From: an uncultured Candidatus Saccharibacteria bacterium
GTDB taxonomy: Bacteria; Patescibacteriota; Minisyncoccia; Phycocordibacterales; UBA9973
Reading direction: 5' to 3'
Length of the DNA: 64,000 nucleotides
Assembly: GCA_964527235.1 (NCBI GenBank)
Contig: CAZGNC010000002.1
Coordinates: 146,381-210,380, forward strand
Shown: positions 57,361-64,000 of the stretch, one piece after another
How positions within the stretch are numbered: the stretch's first letter is position 1
Layout of the letters: each line of letters starts with the position of its first letter
Position numbers and translations under genes: made by a program
Notes under the pieces: model-generated
The model's database searches: none
Told to the model about the DNA's origin: nothing
Seen by the model: only the letters and a program-made list of their open reading frames with translations

Positions 57361-57942
57361 TTAAACTCGCTCTACGTATTCGCCAGTTTCAGTGTTGATG
57401 CTCACTGTGTCGCCTTCGTTGATGAACATAGGTGCGTTTAGTGTGGTGTCATTCTCTAGAGTGATTACTTTGTTGCCTCCCTTTGAGGTGTCTCCACGTA
57501 CGGCAGGGGGAGCCTCTTTAACTTTGAAGTTCATTTTGATAGGTAAGGTAATCTTAATGATTCTCTCTTCGTCATCATCGTTGGTCCAGACTAGGGCAGT
57601 GACGTTACCGTTGGCCTTTAGAAATTTCGCAGTGTTACCCATTAGGGATTCCTCCAGTTTAAATCGGTTACTTTTATCGTTTGGGTCGCAGAACCAATAT
57701 TCACCTTTGTTTTGATAAAGGAATGTTACCTCACGCTTAGCGATATCAGCCTCATCTGCGGTGTCAGACACGTGAAAAGTCGCCGCTATGGTCTTGCCTG
57801 AGATTAAGCTTTTAAGCTTTACCTGGTTTTGAGGCTTACGCTGTTGGGTGCGAGCGACGTGAGACTCTACTACTTCTGCAGGTTCATCATCGTGAATGAT
57901 TATTTTCTTCTCGCGAATTTCATTGTATTGAAGTTGTGACAT
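57361..57942 (-). CDS. efp: Elongation factor P
   Basis: PPAVRGDT, APMFINEGD, INTETGEYVER. Confidence 0.9.
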   Translation of the reverse strand: MSQLQYNEIREKKIIIHDDEPAEVVESHVARTQQRKPQNQVKLKSLISGKTIAATFHVSDTADEADIAKREVTFLYQNKGEYWFCDPNDKSNRFKLEESLMGNTAKFLKANGNVTALVWTNDDDEERIIKITLPIKMNFKVKEAPPAVRGDTSKGGNKVITLENDTTLNAPMFINEGDTVSINTETGEYVERV

Positions 57943-58017
57943 GTGGATATACTATCAAAAAATATTTTAAAAGCAAACTGAAAAGGCCTTCTATATACAA
58001 GACAGCAGGGAAGGATG

Positions 58018-59055
58018 TTACACTTCTTCTGCGAACTTCTTGCGGATTTCTTTGAGTATTTGATCAGCTATTTTCTTGTTTTCTCTCAAGAATGTTCGAG
58101 TGTTGTCGTATCCGACACCGAGCTTCACTTTCTCTTCCTTCTCACCAGCTGGTTTATAGAAATATGAGTTTCCAGTTTTTTCGACTATCTTGTATTTCTC
58201 ACCTAGAGCCATGACTTCGCCTTCTTTAGATATGCCCTCGTTATAGATGATATCGAATTCTGTTTGTTTGAAAGGTGCAGCAACTTTGTTTTTCACCACT
58301 TTGACGCGAGTGCGAGAGCCGACGACATCTTCACCCTTTTTAATCTGAGCGATTTTCCTAATGTCGAGTCTGATAGATGTGTAGAACTTTAAAGCCTTAC
58401 CTCCTGGGGTAGTCTCAGGGTTGCCGAACATTACACCTATCTGCATACGAATCTGGTTGATGAATATAACAACTGTCTTTGAGCGAGATACTATAGCAGT
58501 GAGCTTGCGAAGGGCTTGAGACATTAGTCTGGCTTGTTTGCCTACGTGGTATGCTCCCATGTCGCCCTCGATTTCGTCTTTTGGGGTAAGTGCGGCGACT
58601 GAGTCTATTACTATGACATCGATTTTGCCTGTTCGAACTAGGCTTTCTACTATCTCGAGAGCTTGTTCGCCTGTATCCGGCTGAGATACTAGTAAGTTCG
58701 CAATATTTACTCCGAGCTTCTTAGTGTATTCAGGGTCCATTGCGTGTTCGGCATCTATATAAGCGCAGACTCCGCCGAGTTTCTGAGCTTCAGCTACTAT
58801 ATGACTAGCGAGAGTTGTTTTACCAGAAGATTCTGGTCCGAATATCTCAATTATTCTCCCGCGGGGGATACCACCGACACCGAGAGCCATATCAAGCCCG
58901 ATAGAGCCAGTAGGGATAACATTTAAATCTACTCTAGGAGTGTCGCCCATTTTTATTATTGCTCCTTCACCGAATTTTGCCTGAATAGACTTTAAAGTAT
59001 TTTCAAGCGTTTCGTCTCCTGTGGTCTTTGGTTCTTTCACTTCTTTCTTTTTCAT
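58018..59055 (-). CDS. recA: Recombinase A
   Basis: [39 protein letters not shown]. Confidence 0.98.
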   Translation of the reverse strand: MKKKEVKEPKTTGDETLENTLKSIQAKFGEGAIIKMGDTPRVDLNVIPTGSIGLDMALGVGGIPRGRIIEIFGPESSGKTTLASHIVAEAQKLGGVCAYIDAEHAMDPEYTKKLGVNIANLLVSQPDTGEQALEIVESLVRTGKIDVIVIDSVAALTPKDEIEGDMGAYHVGKQARLMSQALRKLTAIVSRSKTVVIFINQIRMQIGVMFGNPETTPGGKALKFYTSIRLDIRKIAQIKKGEDVVGSRTRVKVVKNKVAAPFKQTEFDIIYNEGISKEGEVMALGEKYKIVEKTGNSYFYKPAGEKEEKVKLGVGYDNTRTFLRENKKIADQILKEIRKKFAEEV

Positions 59056-59066
59056 AGTTTTTTGGG

Positions 59067-59426
59067 TTACTCCGTTTTCGTGGAGTAGATTAATTGATAA
59101 TTTTTCTCATCTACATTCCCAAACTTGTCTTCGGCTTTAATATTAATAATATTATACCCCGAAAGCAAGCCGATAGTTTCAAAGAAATTTCCTTGCTGAT
59201 CTATCGAAATTTCTCTGCCATTTAGGGTCAATTTTAAAGCATTTTTAGCGTTTCCAGTGACTTCGAGCACACTTTTATCTGTCTTAGAGCCATCTACTAT
59301 GTTTACATCCACAATTTTGACTCCCCATATCAAGTCTTTTGAACGAGCAAATGAATATATGACAATAAACAGGAACAAAGTGCCAAGTAGAACCATCTTT
59401 ATTGTTTTCTTGGCATCTCTATCCAT
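59067..59426 (-). CDS. Small membrane-anchored Ig-like protein
   Basis: N-terminal TM then V.G...L.LNG...G.F...L..GYN.I.I.AED..GN beta-sandwich; between ftsK and recA. Confidence 0.75.
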   Translation of the reverse strand: MDRDAKKTIKMVLLGTLFLFIVIYSFARSKDLIWGVKIVDVNIVDGSKTDKSVLEVTGNAKNALKLTLNGREISIDQQGNFFETIGLLSGYNIINIKAEDKFGNVDEKNYQLIYSTKTE

Positions 59427-59430
59427 GTTT

Positions 59431-61689
59431 TTAGATTATATTGCTTCCAGTATCATCTCTATTAATTTTCTCTAATACTTCTCTAGGTTTGGCTCCTTCG
59501 CCGGGGCCTATGACTCCGCGTTCTTCGAGTTTGTCTATTATTCGCGCCGCTCGAGCGTAGCCTAATTTTAGTTTTCTTTGTAGGTATGAGGTCGATGCTT
59601 TTCCTGTTTCTACTACTATTTGTCTTGCTTCTTCGTATATCTCATCATCTTCCTCACTGTCTTCTTCGTCTAGTGTACTTTCAAATATACTCTTGTCATG
59701 AGAGATGCTACCTTGGCTTAGGTTTATTTCTTCAGTTATTTCGTCCATGTATGCATCTGATAGGTATTTCACAACTTTCTTAACCTCATTTTCAGATATG
59801 AATGCACTCTGTAGACGTTCTGGCTGAGCTTCTCCTGAAGAATAGAGCATATCTCCCGCTCCTAGGAGTTTCTCAGCACCACCGGCGTCCAGGATGGTTC
59901 TAGAGTCTATCTGGGATGATACCTTAAGCGCTACGCGGGCAGGGATGTTGGCTTTAATCAATCCTGTGATGACGTTTACCTCAGGGCGCTGGGTGGAGAG
60001 TATGAGGTGTATGCCCACGGCTCGAGACATCTGAGCTAGGCGAACGATAGCTGACTCGAGTTCTCGTGGGTAGGCAGTCATTATGTCTGCAAGTTCGTCT
60101 ATTATAATGACTATATATGGCATTCTGTCTGCCTCGACTTCAACTTCTTCACCTAGAGCGTTTACTTTAGTTCTCTTCTCATTCTTGCCTAGGATGTTGT
60201 TATGATAAGACTCGATATCTCGCACTGATTCAGACTCGAGGATGTCGTAACGTCTATCCATTTCCTTCGCTGCCCACTTTAGGGCTAGAATTGCTTTCTT
60301 AGCATCAGTGATAACAGGGGTGAGTAGGTGAGGGACCTTGTTGTAAAGCGTTAACTCAACACGTTTAGGGTCGATCATGATGAACTTCAAATCATCAGGT
60401 CCATTGCGGTAGAAAAGGGAGACAACGATAGAGTGGATTGTTACCGACTTTCCAGATCCAGTAGTTCCTGCGACTAGAGCATGAGGCATCTTTGCTAAGT
60501 TGCCGAACACTGCACGTCCAGATATTGCACGACCGAGTGCTATGGTTAGAGGCTTCGGAGAATTCTGGAATTTGTCATCTCCAAGCATTGTAGCAAGTCC
60601 AACTATCGATTTAGATTTGTTCGGTATTTCGATACCGACTAGCGACTTGCCGGGGATAGGGGCTTCGATACGAATAGGGTGAGCAGCTAGAGCTAGAGCC
60701 AGGTCATTTTGTAATCCTAGTATTCTCGAGAGTTTTATACCTTCTGCAGGTTTAAGTGCATATCTAGTGATAGTAGGTCCCACAGTGACTTCATCCATTT
60801 CAACTTCGATGCCGAAGTTTGCTAGTGTGCGTTTTATAATATTTGAATTTGCTTTTATGTCACCCGTGTTTGGTTTACCTTTATCTTCTTCAAGTAGCGA
60901 CAGGGAAGGGGGTACGTAGGTCGATGCAGTGTGCCTGCGTTTCTTGATAGGCATTTCTTCTTCTGGCTCAGGTTCGGCCATCTTTGGTGTGTCGTCTTTT
61001 TTGCCTACTCCGAGTGCGTTCTTTATCTTACTACTTGTAGATTCTGTTGGTTCTGGGACTTCTTCCTCCTCTTCGTCTTCATTAGTTTCTTCCTCATCCT
61101 CATCTTCGTCTTTACCCCCAAATACTGAGTACCAGATATTTTTCAAGAATTGTGGCCACTCTAACTTCGCATCAAACATTATCAGTATTGATATCACTAA
61201 CACTGCTATCAAGAAAACAATGCTAGCTGAAGAATCAAATAATGTCACCAACGGTGTCGCTGTTACATACCCCAGTATTCCTCCAGCATGCGTGTTCACT
61301 ACTTCAGTTACTCCCTCGACTGTAGTCTCAGAAGAAGCGCTTGAGATGATGTCTAAAATTCCAAGCCCAGAAAGTAGAAACATCACTGAGCTTATGGTTC
61401 TGGTTAGTCCGATGTTTGGGGTAACTGATTTTATGAAAGATGATCCAAGTAGAAGGAAAAGTGCCGGCAATAATATGTAACCCATACCCAACAAGTAGTG
61501 AAGTTTCTCGTAAGTAAATTCTCCAGCCATACCAGCCTTGTCGAAGGCCGACATTACCAAAAATAAAGCCAAAACAAAAAAGACTACTGCGAGTATTCCA
61601 TGCTTAGTCTCTGTTCTTAGTTTTAAGAAATCTCCTTCGTTTACTTTAGTAGATTTAACAATTTTTTTCTTGCTCACGTTTTTTGCCAT
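59431..61689 (-). CDS. ftsK: DNA translocase FtsK/SpoIIIE
   Basis: N-terminal TMs, AGTTGSGKS, IDPKRVEL, IDELAD, STQRP, gamma domain STSYLQRKLKLGYARAAR. Confidence 0.96.
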   Translation of the reverse strand: MAKNVSKKKIVKSTKVNEGDFLKLRTETKHGILAVVFFVLALFLVMSAFDKAGMAGEFTYEKLHYLLGMGYILLPALFLLLGSSFIKSVTPNIGLTRTISSVMFLLSGLGILDIISSASSETTVEGVTEVVNTHAGGILGYVTATPLVTLFDSSASIVFLIAVLVISILIMFDAKLEWPQFLKNIWYSVFGGKDEDEDEEETNEDEEEEEVPEPTESTSSKIKNALGVGKKDDTPKMAEPEPEEEMPIKKRRHTASTYVPPSLSLLEEDKGKPNTGDIKANSNIIKRTLANFGIEVEMDEVTVGPTITRYALKPAEGIKLSRILGLQNDLALALAAHPIRIEAPIPGKSLVGIEIPNKSKSIVGLATMLGDDKFQNSPKPLTIALGRAISGRAVFGNLAKMPHALVAGTTGSGKSVTIHSIVVSLFYRNGPDDLKFIMIDPKRVELTLYNKVPHLLTPVITDAKKAILALKWAAKEMDRRYDILESESVRDIESYHNNILGKNEKRTKVNALGEEVEVEADRMPYIVIIIDELADIMTAYPRELESAIVRLAQMSRAVGIHLILSTQRPEVNVITGLIKANIPARVALKVSSQIDSRTILDAGGAEKLLGAGDMLYSSGEAQPERLQSAFISENEVKKVVKYLSDAYMDEITEEINLSQGSISHDKSIFESTLDEEDSEEDDEIYEEARQIVVETGKASTSYLQRKLKLGYARAARIIDKLEERGVIGPGEGAKPREVLEKINRDDTGSNII

Positions 61690-61848
61690 AGAGATATTTT
61701 AGCATAAATTTATTATAAAATAATATTATTTTTTGATATTTGAAAAATAAAAATAAATTTCAAGTCGCAAGAAAATTTAGGTGTTGATATCTATACAACT
61801 TTGGTTTTTAGGTGTTTTGCTCGCAGGGGGAGCATTTGCTTTTTTAGG

Positions 61849-62832
61849 TGTCCTATATATAATGGACGTATGTTCAAGGAGTACCAAAACTCTCAAAGTC
61901 ACTTAAAGGACGATTCAAATCTTCCAGTTCTGTATCCTCCTAAGAAGTCCTATACTAAGTTCTCTAACAAACTAAATAAGCTTGTAACTGCTCTATATAT
62001 GGTTACGGACATAATGGACAAAGATGAACCACTAAGGAATAAGCTACGAATTTTAGGAACAAATGTCATATCAGACACATACCAAGAGACCAGGGGTATA
62101 ACGGCCAAGCTAGATGAAATTCTGTCCTTTTTAGAGATAGGCGTTACCCTCAATATGATATCTCAGATGAATCACAGTATTCTCAAGAAGGAGTTCATTT
62201 CACTCAAGCAGTCTATTTTAGAATCCGAGCAAAGTCATGGTTTTTGGGGTGATGGTACAACTCTCTCAGATTTTATAAAAGAAGATCCTTCGCCCGAAAC
62301 AAAGTCCGTTATAAGCACGCCAAAGTATATCGGACATATAAAGCAGGCTAGAATCGGTGTCCAAAAGGGAAGTACCCTTATGCAAGCTTTGTCCGATAGA
62401 CTACCAAGCTTGTCCGATACCAAAAATGCATACTCTGAAAATCGAGATGTCCTTAAAAAATCTAGACAAGAAGAGATTTTAAAGATAATAAGAAACAAGG
62501 CTGAGGTCGTTGGTGCGGGCTTCAACGGTCTAACCATAACGGACATACGGACATCAGCTACGGGGGCTCTGGCGTCTTGCGGTGAGAAGACCATACAGCG
62601 CGAACTTGTCTCTATGGTTAAAGATAATGTCCTTAAAAAGACTGGGAGTAAGCGCTGGAGTAGGTACTCTATATTATAGCTAGGCAGTGTATGTCTAGAT
62701 TGTTTGTCGCTTCTGTTACCACTTCTCTTTATGTAATGTTTTAGTATGTTAATGGTATATACATATTGATCCGTGCTAAGTTGCATTTTGTCTCAAAATA
62801 TGTAATGATGTACGGACAGTGGAATGGGGACA
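61849..62832. repeat. Dense array of TGTCC/GGACA motifs
   Basis: 14 copies at 61849, 62007, 62016, 62123, 62332, 62358, 62390, 62411, 62448, 62541, 62549, 62628, 62814, 62828. Confidence 0.75.
61870..62679 (+). CDS. Hypothetical DNA-binding protein: helical N-terminal domain and C-terminal winged helix
   Basis: RQEEILKII...LTITDI...GEKTIQRELVSMVKDNVLKKTGSKRWSRY; ATG 6 nt after TATAAT (61858-61863). Confidence 0.75.
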   Translation: MFKEYQNSQSHLKDDSNLPVLYPPKKSYTKFSNKLNKLVTALYMVTDIMDKDEPLRNKLRILGTNVISDTYQETRGITAKLDEILSFLEIGVTLNMISQMNHSILKKEFISLKQSILESEQSHGFWGDGTTLSDFIKEDPSPETKSVISTPKYIGHIKQARIGVQKGSTLMQALSDRLPSLSDTKNAYSENRDVLKKSRQEEILKIIRNKAEVVGAGFNGLTITDIRTSATGALASCGEKTIQRELVSMVKDNVLKKTGSKRWSRYSIL

Positions 62833-62883
62833 ATGCTTTAAAGCCCCAGCTCAAAGTACCTAGTTTTTACTAAAGTATGAGAG

Positions 62884-62929
62884 TTATCCACATAATATAT
62901 TGTCGTGTTTTATGGCTATATATTATAAT
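62884..62929 (+). promoter_or_regulatory. DnaA-box-like 9-mer and promoter for the S-layer-like gene
   Basis: TTATCCACA (62884-62892), TTGTCG (62900-62905), 18 nt, TATAAT (62924-62929). Confidence 0.55.
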
Positions 62930-63255
62930 AATTCTGTGTTAGCGAGATGCGTAATTTTATGCATTTTGTGAGCACAGGTTTATTGCATTTATTTTCGTTC
63001 ATGATTTCGTCGAAAAGATCGTGCTCGAAAATAAGCCCACTTGAGCTCTCGAAAGAGGCAACAGTTGGGCAAATGAAAGGTCATTGAAAACTAAATAGTA
63101 TTTTGTTTTCAATGTTTGTTTATCTCTGTTCATTATTTTTGTCTGCACCATTATTACTTATTATTAATTATTGGCGGATGAAAGTAGTGATAAGAAAAAT
63201 ACGCTTTTAGTTTTGTCGAAACTAACTTAATGGCGTAAAAAAATTAGAAAATATT

Positions 63256-64000
63256 ATGAGTAAATTATTAAAATCAAAATTCTTTTTTGGAGTTATGATT
63301 GTTGCTGTTATGTTCGCAGTAGTAGGAGTTTCTACAGCTGCTGCATACACACACATGGGAACTCTTAAAATGGGAATGAGAAGTGCTCAAGTAACAGACC
63401 TACAGGCAACTCTTGGAGTTACCCCAATGTCTGGCTACTTTGGCCCTATTACTAAAGCAGCTGTTATGGCTTTCCAAGCAGCTAATGGTCTTACTGCTGA
63501 CGGTATCGTTGGTGCTATGACTGGCGCAAAGCTTAGTGGTGCAGTTTCTGGTGGTACTTACCCAGCAGGATGTACTTCTTCAGCTGGCTACAGTACTGTA
63601 ACTGGCATGCCTTGTACTTCAACTGGATCAACACTTCCAGCAGGATGTACTTCAACCGCTGGCTACAGTTCAACAACTGGTAAGAAGTGTGACAGTACAA
63701 CTGGTTCAACTGGTCCTTTGACCGGTGGAGCAGGATCTGTTGACTCTTACAACCTAGTTTCTGGACTTGGAAATGAAGAAGTTGGTGAAGACACAGAAGA
63801 TGTAGAAGTAGCTGGCCTTGAAATCGAGGTTGGTGAAGATTCTGATCTTGACTTCACAGCTGTACGTCTTGTTTTCAACGAGGGTACTGCTACTTCTGAT
63901 TTTGAAGACTATGCAGATGAAGTTTCTGTATGGTTGGATGGACAAGAAGTTGGACGTGTTGACGCAACTAAATTCAATGACAACAATGACTGGACAGCAA
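63256..64000 (+). CDS. Secreted peptidoglycan-binding-domain, S-layer-like protein (5' part, runs off the window; absent from the ORF track)
   Basis: MSKLLKSKFFFGVMIVAVMFAVVGVSTAAA signal; GYFGPITKAAVMAFQAANGLTADGIVG PG-binding motif; two PAGCTS.AGYS..TG..C repeats; no stop to the window end. Confidence 0.88.
   Translation, partial: MSKLLKSKFFFGVMIVAVMFAVVGVSTAAAYTHMGTLKMGMRSAQVTDLQATLGVTPMSGYFGPITKAAVMAFQAANGLTADGIVGAMTGAKLSGAVSGGTYPAGCTSSAGYSTVTGMPCTSTGSTLPAGCTSTAGYSSTTGKKCDSTTGSTGPLTGGAGSVDSYNLVSGLGNEEVGEDTEDVEVAGLEIEVGEDSDLDFTAVRLVFNEGTATSDFEDYADEVSVWLDGQEVGRVDATKFNDNNDWTA

Noticed and set aside
61690-61870. AT-rich ftsK/wHTH intergenic region as a canonical oriC
   Set aside because: No DnaA-box cluster and no dnaA or dnaN nearby; kept only as part of the motif-array hypothesis
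1-64000. rRNA, tRNA, prophage, IS, integron or defence systems
   Set aside because: No cloverleaf, rRNA-like, transposase, integrase, attC or phage structural signatures recognised by eye; tRNAscan and Infernal were not run

Overview
Chromosomal segment of a small-genome, AT-rich bacterium. Gene content and style (alpha2-type GlyRS, trigger factor without an FKBP domain, type IV pilus/competence genes, CARDB-repeat surface protein, mostly Shine-Dalgarno-less and often leaderless genes) point to Patescibacteria/CPR, probably Parcubacteria; this placement is an inference. Most of the window is housekeeping: comM, lexA, HU, rny, clpP, pyrC-carA-carB-pyrB, tig, ppa, nusA, pilB/pilC and minor pilins, tpiA-pgk, recJ, rnhA, split comEC, sod, glyA, tmk, argS, T-box+ileS, recO, glyQS, metG, tatD, rpsF-ssb-rpsR, efp, recA, ftsK, and the start of an S-layer-like gene. 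No rRNA, tRNA, CRISPR array, transposase or integrase was seen. Unexplained signals: (1) three dispersed GC-rich single-gene cassettes sharing one layout (native AT-rich sigma70 promoter, leader with AGGAG Shine-Dalgarno, TAG stop, GC-rich terminator); (2) a winged-helix gene divergent from ftsK whose promoter, coding sequence and downstream region hold 14 TGTCC/GGACA motifs in about 1 kb; (3) a pyrBI-style leader-peptide attenuator before a pyrimidine operon wedged between tig and clpP; (4) in-frame palindromic mini-insertions in pyrC and ileS; (5) a transcriptional ileS T-box with an ultrashort stem I. All gene calls come from motif recognition by eye; no database searches were run.
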